Origin: an uncultured Desulfobacterales bacterium
GTDB taxonomy: Bacteria > Desulfobacterota > Dissulfuribacteria > Dissulfuribacterales > QOAL01
DNA: 38,775 bases
Assembly: GCA_964469365.1 (NCBI GenBank)
Contig: CAYXYO010000265.1
Location: 1-38,775, forward strand
Direction of reading: 5' to 3'
Positions 27,021 to 38,620 of the stretch are shown here, piece after piece. Every line of letters begins with the position of its first letter. The stretch's first letter is position 1. The position numbers and the translations under genes are program-made. The notes under the pieces are model-generated. The model was not told the origin of the DNA. It saw only the letters and a program-made list of their open reading frames with translations, and did not search any database.

Positions 27021-28013
27021 TCACTTTCCAAACACGAGGACCCTGCAATCATATCTTATGGCGTCAGGCCCGTTGTCACGGATTATGTAGCCCGCATAGA
27101 TAGCCAGTTCACGGCCTGTCCATTCGCTGAAATCAAGGGAGTGCAGGTCAAAAAGTTCCATATGACTTTTCTGCCAGTAACCGGAGACCAGGGGCGTGAT
27201 ACTGTATGTTGCGCCTGAACTGCCGATGGCCATCCATGTCCCGCCTGTTTCCAGCAGAAGATAGAAGTCCATAGCGCGGCCGAGGTCGCCTTCAGCTATA
27301 TCAAAGGCAAGTCGTATGTCCACCGGATGGCCTGTATTGACAGGTATCCGTTTGCATGCACGGCCCGTCCCTGCCACAAGAGTTTCATCGATCTTCTGTG
27401 TCTCGTTGCCCGTAATGAACCTTTCGCCTGTGAGAGTCAGATTTTCAATGACATCGCCCCAGTACAGTTCCGGAGCGTTGGCGCATGTGGGTAGCGCATG
27501 GCGCGCTGAAATCTCCCTGTCAGAAATGACCGCTTCCTCAACTGTGAGTACGAGCGGAGTTTCCGCTTCCATGGCTGTATAGTATATTACCATCTGGCTA
27601 ACTGTGCTTTCCGGGGAAAATGAGACATTCCAGCGGCTCATAAGGGCCGTGCAGTCCCAGAGTTCAGCCTCTTTTTCTGTCTTGACCTGAAAGGACACCG
27701 CTCTGTAATCCCTGCCATCAGGGGAAGCGAATCCTATGGTGCGGTTGATGCCGTCCGCAGGATATTTCAGGGTTACGGTGTATTTCTTGGCAGGATCAAT
27801 GTCGACTGCAAGGAGGCTCCAGTAGCTGGCGCTTTCCGCAATCCACTGCCCTATTCCGGTGTTTTGCACATCTTCCTCCGCGCCTGGCCTCGAAGAAGTG
27901 GCTAATTCAATGGTTGTTCCTGCGGTTATTGACCTGATTTCCAAAGCATGCGCGATTGTGTTTTGCGACAGCACCAGGAACAGCAGTAAAATACTTGTAA
28001 AAAATTTTGACAT
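27021..28013 (-). CDS. Secreted hypothetical protein (no recognisable domain)
   Basis: 330-aa ORF with signal peptide MSKFFTSILLLFLVLSQNTIAHA and SD GGAG upstream. I recognise no motif. Confidence 0.65.
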   Translation of the reverse strand: MSKFFTSILLLFLVLSQNTIAHALEIRSITAGTTIELATSSRPGAEEDVQNTGIGQWIAESASYWSLLAVDIDPAKKYTVTLKYPADGINRTIGFASPDGRDYRAVSFQVKTEKEAELWDCTALMSRWNVSFSPESTVSQMVIYYTAMEAETPLVLTVEEAVISDREISARHALPTCANAPELYWGDVIENLTLTGERFITGNETQKIDETLVAGTGRACKRIPVNTGHPVDIRLAFDIAEGDLGRAMDFYLLLETGGTWMAIGSSGATYSITPLVSGYWQKSHMELFDLHSLDFSEWTGRELAIYAGYIIRDNGPDAIRYDCRVLVFGK

Positions 28014-28184
28014 GTCTCACTCCGTTAAATTAGGAAAGGTAATTGCTCCCATTGTTGCCATTCCTGCGCCTGAGCAACACCTGAAATGTACCCCGCGTTC
28101 AACTGATATGCGGTTTTTAACCCTGCGCGATACCCTGGAATTTGGGTTTTTACCGACATCGCACCGGACTTGCGTGAAAACTTC

Positions 28185-29612
28185 TTATCCCATGGCCCTG
28201 ACCATGGCCTGTGCCACTGTTTCAAATTCCCTTTTGAAAACTGTACGCACATCAAGGAGCAGCGCGTCATCTTCCAGTCTTGCCACAACCGGAGGAGAAT
28301 TTTTCCTGAGGGCCGCTTCAAGCCGTGAGGGAGAAAATTTTCCGTCTCCCTTTCCGGTCCTTATGGCCACTGCCGCTGATTCCAGTTCCTGCAGGGGCAG
28401 CGCTCCGCCCCCCACCCTGGAAACAGTATCCACCACATCAATATGCAGGTCTGCCGGACGGGGGCCTGCCGCCAACTGTTTTTCAATGGCGGCCCTGAGT
28501 TGTTCAGCCTTGGCCGCGAGTTCCTCCCTGGAGCGGGTCAGCATGTTCAGCGCCGGAATCCGGCTGGCGGCTGTCACCGGGTCGCGGTATATCATGAGGA
28601 TCCCCTCCAGGGCGGCCAGGGTAAGTTTGTCAATCCTCATGGCGCGGTTCATGGGATTTTTCTTTATCCTGTCCACAAATCCCTTCTTGCCCACAATGAT
28701 CCCTGCCTGGGGGCCGCCAAGCAGTTTGTCGCCGCTGAAGGTTACTATATCGGCGCCGGCCTTTACCGCTTCCTGCACTGTCGGTTCATGCGCCATGCCG
28801 TAACGCGCGAAATCCGTAAACGTGCCGCTTCCAAGGTCTTCCATAACAGGGAGACCATGCTTCCCGGCGAGTTCGCTGAGTTCCCTGACGGTAACCGCCT
28901 TTGTAAATCCGGTAATGGCAAAGTTGCTCTGGTGCACCTTGAGAAGCATGGCGGTTTCTTCGGATATGGCCATTTCATAGTCCCTGAGATGGGTGCGGTT
29001 TGTGGCTCCGACCTCTTTCAGGATGGCCCCGCTCCTTGCCATTACGTCAGGTATGCGGAATGAACCGCCTATCTCCACAAGTTCCCCCCTGGACACAACA
29101 ACCTCCCTGCCCCTGGCCAGTGTCTCAAGGGAGAGCAGCACAGCGGCGGCATTGTTGTTTACCACAAGGGCCGCGTCGGCCCCGGTAAGCTCACAGACAA
29201 GTTCTTCCACATGACTGTAACGGCTTCCCCTGCGGCCAGCCTCAAGGTCATACTCCAGGTTTGAATATCCACGCGCTGTTTCCACCACCTGTTCCAGGAC
29301 CGGTTCAGGCAGGGGCGACCTGCCGAGATTGGTGTGTATGACAACCCCGGTGGCATTCACAACCTGACGCAGCGAGGGAGATACAAGGGTTTCCAGCTCC
29401 CTGTCGCATAACCTGACGGCCTCTTCCAGGGAAAATGCGTCAGCCGAAAGGTCGGCCTTGCCTGACAGTATCTTTTTTCTTAGATTGTCAATGGTTTTTC
29501 TGGCTGCTGATATCCTGAGCTTTCTGGGTGCCATTGACGTGATGGCGTCTGCCAGCACGTCCACCTTGGGCAGGGATTTCAGCATATTTTCTATCTTTTC
29601 AGGTGTAATCAT
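28185..29612 (-). CDS. selA: L-seryl-tRNA(Sec) selenium transferase
   Basis: Contains the PLP-lysine region VTFSGDKLLGGPQAGIIVGKK and NATGVVIHTNLGRS. The length (475 aa) and N-terminal LPKVDVL are typical of SelA. Confidence 0.93.
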   Translation of the reverse strand: MITPEKIENMLKSLPKVDVLADAITSMAPRKLRISAARKTIDNLRKKILSGKADLSADAFSLEEAVRLCDRELETLVSPSLRQVVNATGVVIHTNLGRSPLPEPVLEQVVETARGYSNLEYDLEAGRRGSRYSHVEELVCELTGADAALVVNNNAAAVLLSLETLARGREVVVSRGELVEIGGSFRIPDVMARSGAILKEVGATNRTHLRDYEMAISEETAMLLKVHQSNFAITGFTKAVTVRELSELAGKHGLPVMEDLGSGTFTDFARYGMAHEPTVQEAVKAGADIVTFSGDKLLGGPQAGIIVGKKGFVDRIKKNPMNRAMRIDKLTLAALEGILMIYRDPVTAASRIPALNMLTRSREELAAKAEQLRAAIEKQLAAGPRPADLHIDVVDTVSRVGGGALPLQELESAAVAIRTGKGDGKFSPSRLEAALRKNSPPVVARLEDDALLLDVRTVFKREFETVAQAMVRAMG

Positions 29613-30087
29613 GTTGCGTTTTAATCTCCTGTGGATTGGAAAAACACGGGAACAGTGGATCAGACAGGGTATTGATGAATATGTCGGACGCCTGTCACAT
29701 TACCTGCAGGTAAACATAACAGAGATCAGGGAGAGGGCAAGGCCAGGCAAAAGGTCGCCTTCAGGGGTCATGAAAATGGAGGCTGAACAGATATTGAAGG
29801 CCCTGCCAAAGGGGAATGTCCATGTGGCGGTCCTTGACTGCAAGGGCAGAAAATTCACCTCGGAGGGACTGGCCGGGTTTCTTTCCCGACTGGAGGATGA
29901 CGGTTACAGGGAAGTGTGCTGGATAACCGGAGGGGCCTACGGCCTTGATCGTTCCATATTGCAAAGGGCTGACTCGGCCATCTCGCTTTCAGATATGACA
30001 TTTACCCATGAGATGGCCAGGGTGATCCTGGCTGAACAGCTTTACAGGGCATGCACCATAAGGAAAGGTGAAAAGTATCACCACTGA
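29611..30087 (+). CDS. rlmH: 23S rRNA (pseudouridine1915-N3)-methyltransferase RlmH
   Basis: SPOUT family: MLRFNLLWIGKTRE..., ITGGAYGL, THEMARVILAEQLYRACTIRKGEKYHH. About 158 aa from ATG 29611 with SD AGGTG 5 nt upstream. The track's 29458 start adds an implausible extension that is antisense to selA. Confidence 0.9.
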   Translation: MLRFNLLWIGKTREQWIRQGIDEYVGRLSHYLQVNITEIRERARPGKRSPSGVMKMEAEQILKALPKGNVHVAVLDCKGRKFTSEGLAGFLSRLEDDGYREVCWITGGAYGLDRSILQRADSAISLSDMTFTHEMARVILAEQLYRACTIRKGEKYHH

Positions 30088-30208
30088 TGCGGGACAATCC
30101 GTTGGGCAGACTTTTTTTGAGCGAGACGTTTTTTTCTGACATCCTTAATTCCATAATATAAAGGCATCGGGATATGTCGTACAGGCCCATGTTGTTTAAA
30201 ATCAACCT

Positions 30209-31366
30209 CTATATCACTTCTATGTCCGCCTGAAGCGCCCCGGCGGCCTTTATGGAGCCAAGTATTGCTATGAGATCCCTTGGGGTTACGCCAATGGCGT
30301 TAAGGGCGCTCACAAGGTCGCCTATTGTGGCCCCGCCGTCCAGAATGACCATCTCGCCGCTTCCTTCCTTTACGTTTACATCGGTGTTTGGCGTAACGGC
30401 AGTCTGACCGCCTGCCAGGGCATTGGGCTGTGATACTTCCGGATTTTCGTTTATCCTTATGCTCAGGTTGCCATGGGCAATGGCCACCCTGGAAATGTGC
30501 ACGGTGCTGCCCATTACCACAGTACCGGTCCGTTCATCAAGGACGATTCTCGCCTTCTGGTCAGGATCAATCCTTACATTCTCAATGGCCGCGATGAAGG
30601 AAACGGCATTGTCCCTGTACTCCTGCGGTATCCTTACTGATATTGTCTCAGGATCAATGCCGGTTGCCGCCTCGAACCCCAGCTCATCGTTTATGGCCTC
30701 CACGGCCCTTGATATTGTCGTGAAATCAGGATGGTAAAAGTTTACAATTATTTTTTCCCGGTTATTCAGGTTGACGGGTATCTCCCGCTCCACAGTAGCG
30801 CCGTTGGAAATGCGTCCTGCCGTGGGATGATTTTTCTGAACTGAACCGCCCTGGCCCCCTGCTGAAAACCCGCCTATGCTCAGCGGACCCTGGGCAAGGG
30901 CGTACACCTTGCCGTCAACCCCCTTGAGCGGAGTGAGCAACAGGGTGCCTCCCTGGAGACTCTTGGCGTCTCCTATGGAGGAGACCACCACGTCGAGTTT
31001 CTGCCCGTTTTTGGCAAAGGGGGGCATCTGTGCGGTGACAATGACGCCAGCGGCATTCTTGACCTTGATCTGTTGCGGATCAACATTGATGATCCCCATG
31101 CGTTCCATCATGTTTGCAATGGAGAGCATGGTGAATTTGGCCTGGGTGCCGTCTCCAGTGCCTGCAAGTCCCACCACCAGGCCATATCCAAAGAGCTGGT
31201 TGTCCCTCATGCCCTGTATGGAGGCCACATCCTTGATGCGCGCTGCCTGCGGTGATGTCGCATCGCACAGGAGCAGCAGGGCCGCTATTATAATGTTCCG
31301 GAAAATAGGATGTTTTTTCCTCATGTCAAAAAGCCCGCCATGTCCCTGAACATTTTTTTCAAACAT
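30209..31366 (-). CDS. flgI: Flagellar P-ring protein FlgI
   Basis: RIKDVASIQGMRDNQLFGYGLVVGLAGTGD, with the C-terminal LVSALNAIGVTPRDLIAILGSIKAAGALQADIEVI. ATG 31366 has SD GAGGAAG. The alternative ATG 31324 sits directly before the signal peptide. Confidence 0.93.
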   Translation of the reverse strand: MFEKNVQGHGGLFDMRKKHPIFRNIIIAALLLLCDATSPQAARIKDVASIQGMRDNQLFGYGLVVGLAGTGDGTQAKFTMLSIANMMERMGIINVDPQQIKVKNAAGVIVTAQMPPFAKNGQKLDVVVSSIGDAKSLQGGTLLLTPLKGVDGKVYALAQGPLSIGGFSAGGQGGSVQKNHPTAGRISNGATVEREIPVNLNNREKIIVNFYHPDFTTISRAVEAINDELGFEAATGIDPETISVRIPQEYRDNAVSFIAAIENVRIDPDQKARIVLDERTGTVVMGSTVHISRVAIAHGNLSIRINENPEVSQPNALAGGQTAVTPNTDVNVKEGSGEMVILDGGATIGDLVSALNAIGVTPRDLIAILGSIKAAGALQADIEVI

Positions 31367-31434
31367 ATCTTCCTCATATTATTTGATTTTATGTTTGCCG
31401 TGTTTTTAATGCCGTATTATGTGTATTGATGCAA

Positions 31435-31450
31435 GCAAAAGAGAGGCCAG
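31435..31450 (-). promoter_or_regulatory. Sigma-54-like (-24/-12) promoter upstream of flgI
   Basis: The minus strand reads CTGGCCTCTCTTTTGC. TGGC and TTGC are conserved and GG-N10-GC spacing is exact. The site is about 70 nt upstream of ATG 31366. Confidence 0.45.
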
Positions 31451-31616
31451 CCAGCAGGAAAAGTTGTGCCTGGTGTGATTGTTAATGCCGCGCCGTGCGA
31501 TGTCGGCAATTTGTTTGCCGGTTCCATTTGTCTTGCAGGGCGCAACATGATATAGAACAGTATGCAGTTTATGATTTGACCCTATCTCATTTTCATTACC
31601 GGATCGGAGAAACAAA

Positions 31617-32309
31617 ATGCAATATTCATCTCATGTCGAGGCAATGTGCAAGGTAAGGCTTGGCACGAATCACGGCCCTTCCCCAATACCTGAGGAAGGA
31701 AAATGGGTTCAGGCCAGGGAGATCAGCGATATCAGCGGTCTTACCCACGGCATAGGGTGGTGCGCTCCCCATCAGGGGGGGTGCAAACTTACCCTCAACA
31801 TCAAGAAAGGCATAATCGAAGAGGCCCTGGTGGAGACCATAGGCTGTACCGGCATGACCCATTCAGCGGCCATGGCGTCTGAGATACTGCCGGGCAAAAC
31901 CATCCTGGAGGTTTTAAATACCGACCTTGTGTGCGACGCCATAAATACTGCCGCGAGGGAACTGTTCAAACAGATCGCCTATGGCAGAAGCCAGTCCGCC
32001 TTTTCAGAAGGGGGGCTTGAAATAGGAGCCGGTTTCGAGGACCTTGGCAAGGGCAACCGTAGCGTTGTGGGCACGACCTATGGCACTGTTGCCAGGGGGC
32101 CTCGCTATCTTGAGCTTGCCGAAGGATACGTCCTGGAACTCGGGCTTGACGCCAATAATGAAATAATAGGCTACAAGTTTGTCAATATAGGCATAATGAT
32201 GGACGCCATTAAGGAGGGCAGGGATGCCGCCAGCGCCCTTGAGGCGGCTACAGGCACCTATGGCAGGTTTGGCGACGCGGTTAAAACCATTGATCCGAGG
32301 AAGGAATAA
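31617..32309 (+). CDS. NifU/IscU-like N-terminal domain protein with a C-terminal extension of unknown function
   Basis: Cys-containing IscU-like pattern: GIGWCAPHQGGCKLTLNIKKGIIEEALVETIGCTGMTHSAAMASEILPGKTILEVLN. About 100 aa of the C-terminal region is unassigned. SD GGAG upstream. Confidence 0.7.
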   Translation: MQYSSHVEAMCKVRLGTNHGPSPIPEEGKWVQAREISDISGLTHGIGWCAPHQGGCKLTLNIKKGIIEEALVETIGCTGMTHSAAMASEILPGKTILEVLNTDLVCDAINTAARELFKQIAYGRSQSAFSEGGLEIGAGFEDLGKGNRSVVGTTYGTVARGPRYLELAEGYVLELGLDANNEIIGYKFVNIGIMMDAIKEGRDAASALEAATGTYGRFGDAVKTIDPRKE

Positions 32310-32320
32310 GGGAGGACGGC

Positions 32321-34988
<2,668 letters not shown>

Positions 34989-35066
34989 TACGTCTCATGT
35001 CCATGGGCGACTCAGGGCAGGAACGGAAACCGTCTGTTTGGCGCAGGTTTTTATTTTTATCTTTTA

Positions 35067-35075
35067 TGTTATAAT
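35067..35075 (+). promoter_or_regulatory. Extended -10 promoter (TGtTATAAT) for gatCA
   Basis: A perfect TATAAT at 35070..35075 is preceded by TGT, with T-rich upstream DNA. It is about 35 nt upstream of the gatC ATG. Confidence 0.45.
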
Positions 35076-35109
35076 GACCTGTAAAATTTTTTTGACAAAG
35101 GAGCAATCC

Positions 35110-35397
35110 ATGGCAGGCATTACAATATCCGAGGCAAGGCATGTGGCGAATCTTGCCAGACTTACCTTTGACGAGCAGGAGCTTGAAGGGTTGACCCGCC
35201 AGTTAAATGATATACTTGGCTATGTGGGCAAACTTGAAGAGCTGGATACGGAAGACGTGCAGCCAATGACCCATGCCATGAGGCTGGTAAATGTAACAAG
35301 GGAGGATGTTGTAACCCCTTCCATTGACAACAGCGCCGCCCTTGCCAATGCACCAGGCAGTGAAGACGGGGCGTTCACTGTTCCCCGCATCATATAA
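35110..35397 (+). CDS. gatC: Asp/Glu-tRNA(Asn/Gln) amidotransferase subunit C
   Basis: [55 protein letters not shown]. 95 aa from ATG 35110 with SD AAGGAG. The track's longer ORF (from 34774) overlaps pgm and is rejected. Confidence 0.92.
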   Translation: MAGITISEARHVANLARLTFDEQELEGLTRQLNDILGYVGKLEELDTEDVQPMTHAMRLVNVTREDVVTPSIDNSAALANAPGSEDGAFTVPRII

Positions 35398-35402
35398 TTA
35401 TC

Positions 35403-36866
35403 ATGAAAGAACTTATCTCAAAAGGCATAGGCGAGGCAAGGGAGCTGCTGGATTCTCGCCGGATCAGCGCAAGGGAACTGACAGAGGCATACCTGAGCCG
35501 CATCGAGTCCCTTGACGGCAGGGTAAAGGCCTATGTGACGGTTACTGGTGAAAGGGCCCTGGAAGACGCTGAAAAAGCGGACAGGCTGATTGCGTCAGGA
35601 GAAAATGTCGGTCCCCTGACAGGCATTCCCCTGGGAATCAAGGATGTTATCATAACAGAGGGGATCAGGACCACCTGTTCTTCCCGCATGCTTGAGAACT
35701 TTGTTCCTCCCTTTAACGCAACGGTTATGGATCTCCTTGAACAACAGGGCGCGGTGATGTTGGGCAAGCTTAACATGGATGAATTCGCCATGGGCTCTAC
35801 CACTGAAAATTCAGCCTTTTTCAACACGGCGAACCCATGGGATACAAACCGCATTCCAGGTGGCTCAAGCGGCGGTTCCGCTGCTGCCGTGGCCGCAAGG
35901 TTATGTGTCGCCGCCCTTGGTTCTGATACCGGAGGGTCCATAAGGCAGCCTGCCTCGCATTGCGGTGTTGTCGGCATGAAACCCACCTATGGCAGGGTGT
36001 CCAGATTCGGTCTTGTGGCCTTTGCCTCCTCCCTTGATCAGATAGGGCCAATGACCAGGAATGTGAAGGATTGCGCGATACTGCTTCAGGCAATCGCGGG
36101 CCATGACCACAGGGATTCCACCTCTGTTCCCGTAGATGTCCAGGATTATGCAGCCGCCCTGGAAGAGGGACTTAAAGGCATGCGCGTAGGCGTTCCGGAA
36201 GAATATTTTGTAAAGGGGCTATCGTCTGAAGTGGAGAAAATTGTGAGGGACGGTATTTCCAGGCTCAGGGAACAGGGCGCGGAAATTGTTCCTGTAAGCC
36301 TGCCCCATACCGAATATGCCGTTGCTGTCTATTATATCATTGCCCCTGCCGAGGCGTCTTCAAATCTTTCCCGTTTTGATGGCGTGCGTTACGGCTTTCG
36401 GGCCGAAGGATATGAAAACCTTGTTGACATGTACAGAAAAAGCAGGTCACAGGGCTTTGGCGAAGAAGTTAAAAGACGGATTATGATAGGCACATACTGT
36501 CTCTCCGCCGGGTTTTACGACGCCTTTTATCTTAAGGCGTCAAAGGTGAGGACCCTGATAGCCGAAGATTTCCGCCGGGCCTTTGACAAGTGTGATGTGC
36601 TGGCAGCCCCGGTGACCCCTGACAGCGCGCCTGAACGGGGTGAGATGACAGATGATCCCCTCAAGATGTATCTTTCCGATATCTGTACCATACCGGTAAA
36701 CCTTGCCGGTCTTCCAGGCATATCTGTTCCATGCGGTCTTGACAACAGGGGAATGCCGGTGGGGCTTCAGCTTATAGGCAACCATTTTCAGGAACCCATG
36801 TTGTTAAAGGCGGCATATAACCTTGAGCTTGCCACAGACTCAATCGGTTTGTGGCCTGAACTATGA
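35403..36866 (+). CDS. gatA: Glu-tRNA(Gln) amidotransferase subunit A
   Basis: Amidase signature [12 protein letters not shown]...[12 protein letters not shown]. 487 aa, immediately after gatC. Confidence 0.95.
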   Translation: MKELISKGIGEARELLDSRRISARELTEAYLSRIESLDGRVKAYVTVTGERALEDAEKADRLIASGENVGPLTGIPLGIKDVIITEGIRTTCSSRMLENFVPPFNATVMDLLEQQGAVMLGKLNMDEFAMGSTTENSAFFNTANPWDTNRIPGGSSGGSAAAVAARLCVAALGSDTGGSIRQPASHCGVVGMKPTYGRVSRFGLVAFASSLDQIGPMTRNVKDCAILLQAIAGHDHRDSTSVPVDVQDYAAALEEGLKGMRVGVPEEYFVKGLSSEVEKIVRDGISRLREQGAEIVPVSLPHTEYAVAVYYIIAPAEASSNLSRFDGVRYGFRAEGYENLVDMYRKSRSQGFGEEVKRRIMIGTYCLSAGFYDAFYLKASKVRTLIAEDFRRAFDKCDVLAAPVTPDSAPERGEMTDDPLKMYLSDICTIPVNLAGLPGISVPCGLDNRGMPVGLQLIGNHFQEPMLLKAAYNLELATDSIGLWPEL

Positions 36867-36872
36867 TAAGTT

Positions 36873-37217
36873 ATGCAGAGAATCCCGATTAAACTGGCAA
36901 AGGCGGGCATGAAGCTGGCAAGGGAGGCGGTTACTCCTGAAGGACAGGTGCTTTGCGGCGCGGGCGTTGAACTTGGTGAGGATCTGCTGTTGCGTCTTGC
37001 CAAGCAGGGGGTGGTCGTCCTGACAGTTGAAGGTCATCCCGTGCAGATGCCTGGAGAAAAAAAACTGTCTGAAAGGGTGCGGGACCTTGATGCCAGGTTT
37101 GCGCATGTAAGGGGTAATCCTGTGTTGAAAGCGCTGAAAACCATGATAGCCGAATTCTGGATTGAACAGGAGCTTGGTCCCGAGGCACTGGCGCGTATGA
37201 AGGAAGCAAAAAAATGA
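36873..37217 (+). CDS. Small hypothetical protein carrying an N-terminal module of the kind often found ahead of HD-type signalling domains
   Basis: 114-aa ORF starting 6 nt after gatA. The pattern MQRIPIKLAKAGMKLAREAVTPEGQVLCGAGVELGEDLLLRLAKQGVVVLTVEG resembles the xIPxxxLxxGMxLAxDVxxxxGxxLLxxGxxL N-terminal module of HD-GYP/HDIG proteins (from memory). Its stop overlaps the HDOD gene start as ATGA. Confidence 0.55.
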   Translation: MQRIPIKLAKAGMKLAREAVTPEGQVLCGAGVELGEDLLLRLAKQGVVVLTVEGHPVQMPGEKKLSERVRDLDARFAHVRGNPVLKALKTMIAEFWIEQELGPEALARMKEAKK

Positions 37218-38062
37218 ACAGGGAAGAGATAAAGGAACGGCTGAAGACCATACAGTCCCTGCCCACACTTCCCCCCATTGTGGCCCGTCTGAACAACATG
37301 GTCAATGACGAGGATGTTACCGCTGTAAAACTTGGTAAAATTATTGAAAAGGATCAGGTGCTTACCAGCAAGATTCTCAAGATGGTCAACTCGTCCTTTT
37401 TCGGGTTCCCGCAGCGTATAAGTACTGTGCCCAATGCCCTTGTGCTTCTCGGTTTCAATGTAATCAAGACCCTCATAGTCACATCCTCAATATTTGAAGT
37501 GATGCAGGCGTCTGATGTGGGCCTTTTTGAGCACTCCCTTGGCGTTGCCGCCGCTGCCGGCATACTCGCCAGGAAACATCAGATCAAAAATCCTGAAGAG
37601 ATATCCACTGCCGGCCTGATCCACGATCTGGGCAAGATTGTGGTGCGCGCCGAACTGCCTGATGAGTACGAGAAGGTGCTGGATATTGTGGATAGCAGGA
37701 AAATACCCATGCGGACAGCGGAGATGGAGGTGCTTGGCATGGACCACTGTGAAATCGGCAGTGATCTTGCCAGTGAATGGAATCTCCCGGACAGGTTGAT
37801 AGCGCCGGTAAAACTCCATCACAGACCGGCTGCGAAATCCGACTTTGCAACTATCAACGCCATAATCCACTTTTCAGATATTCTTATAAGGGCCCTGGGT
37901 TTTGGAAACGGCGGTGATTTATGGGTGCCTGACCTTGATCTGAAGGCATGGGAAGGTATAAAACTGAGCCGTACAGAGACAAAGGATCTGCTCAATGAGC
38001 TTGATGAAAAATTGTGTGAGCTTCAGGATTTTACTGTGGAGATAAAGACAGGGGAAAACTGA
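37214..38062 (+). CDS. HDOD domain-containing signalling protein
   Basis: LPTLPPIVARLNNMVNDEDVTAVKLGKIIEKDQVLTSKILKMVNSSFFGFPQRISTVPNALVLLGFNVIKTL, with downstream HDLGK and HH residues. This is a typical stand-alone HDOD protein. Confidence 0.88.
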   Translation: MNREEIKERLKTIQSLPTLPPIVARLNNMVNDEDVTAVKLGKIIEKDQVLTSKILKMVNSSFFGFPQRISTVPNALVLLGFNVIKTLIVTSSIFEVMQASDVGLFEHSLGVAAAAGILARKHQIKNPEEISTAGLIHDLGKIVVRAELPDEYEKVLDIVDSRKIPMRTAEMEVLGMDHCEIGSDLASEWNLPDRLIAPVKLHHRPAAKSDFATINAIIHFSDILIRALGFGNGGDLWVPDLDLKAWEGIKLSRTETKDLLNELDEKLCELQDFTVEIKTGEN

Positions 38063-38155
38063 GCGAACCCTGTAAAGAGAGCCAGGGGCCGCCTTGCGCC
38101 GGGAATATGTCCCTTCAGGCAGAGCCCCTGTAGCTGTAAAAATGCCGGAGCCGAA

Positions 38156-38506
38156 TCAGTTGCGTCTGCGTACCTTGTGCCTCGCAGCCTTTCCGCGAAG
38201 GTTGCGCAGATAGTAGAGTTTTGATCTGTTATGCCGCCCTGTTTCAACAATTTCCACCTTCTCTATCCTGGGGGAGTGCACCGGAAATATGCGCTCAACC
38301 CATACGCCGTAGGATATCTTTCTTACGGTAAAGGTTTCTGAAATCCCTGAACCCTTACGGCTTATAACAACGCCTTCAAAGACCTGTATACGCTCCTTGC
38401 CGGCAGCTTCCCTGATTTTCATATGGACCTTTACGGTATCTCCCGGACGAAAGGCAGGTACGTCGCCCCGCATCTCTTCCATTTCTATCTGACGTATTAC
38501 ATTCAT
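38156..38506 (-). CDS. rplS: 50S ribosomal protein L19
   Basis: [12 protein letters not shown]...[64 protein letters not shown] 38506 has SD AGGAGA 8 nt upstream. The track's TTG 38512 adds two codons. Confidence 0.95.
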   Translation of the reverse strand: MNVIRQIEMEEMRGDVPAFRPGDTVKVHMKIREAAGKERIQVFEGVVISRKGSGISETFTVRKISYGVWVERIFPVHSPRIEKVEIVETGRHNRSKLYYLRNLRGKAARHKVRRRN

Positions 38507-38590
38507 TTTCAAACTCTCCTGCTGATATTTTATATCAAGCCCGCGTGTAGTGCCGGTAATTCCGACAGGCAGGCCCGCGTGTCAATCCTG

Positions 38591-38620
38591 ATTATTCCGC
38601 CTTTTAATAAAGCCTGTCAA
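38591..38620 (-). promoter_or_regulatory. Candidate sigma-70 promoter for rplS
   Basis: The minus strand reads TTGACA-N18-AATAAT, about 85 nt upstream of the rplS ATG. Eye-matched only. Confidence 0.3.

Noticed and set aside
28014-28184. Possible tRNA-Sec (selC) or SECIS-related element next to selA, and TGA-interrupted selenoprotein genes in the window
   Set aside because: No cloverleaf-compatible sequence appears in the intergenic DNA around selA. No gene in the window looks split by an in-frame TGA.
27859-28803. 314-aa plus-strand ORF
   Set aside because: It lies mostly antisense to selA (its 5' end also overlaps the adjacent secreted-protein gene), and selA has unambiguous SelA motifs. 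The translation is Ser/Ala/Cys-rich low complexity with no SD. It looks like a typical shadow ORF in GC-rich coding DNA.
38085-38133. Nested stem (CAGGGGC...GCCCCTG enclosing GGGA-loop-TCCC) between the convergent HDOD and rplS genes, as a bidirectional terminator
   Set aside because: The outer loop is long (over 30 nt) and there is no U-tract on either strand. I cannot support it as an intrinsic terminator without folding energies.
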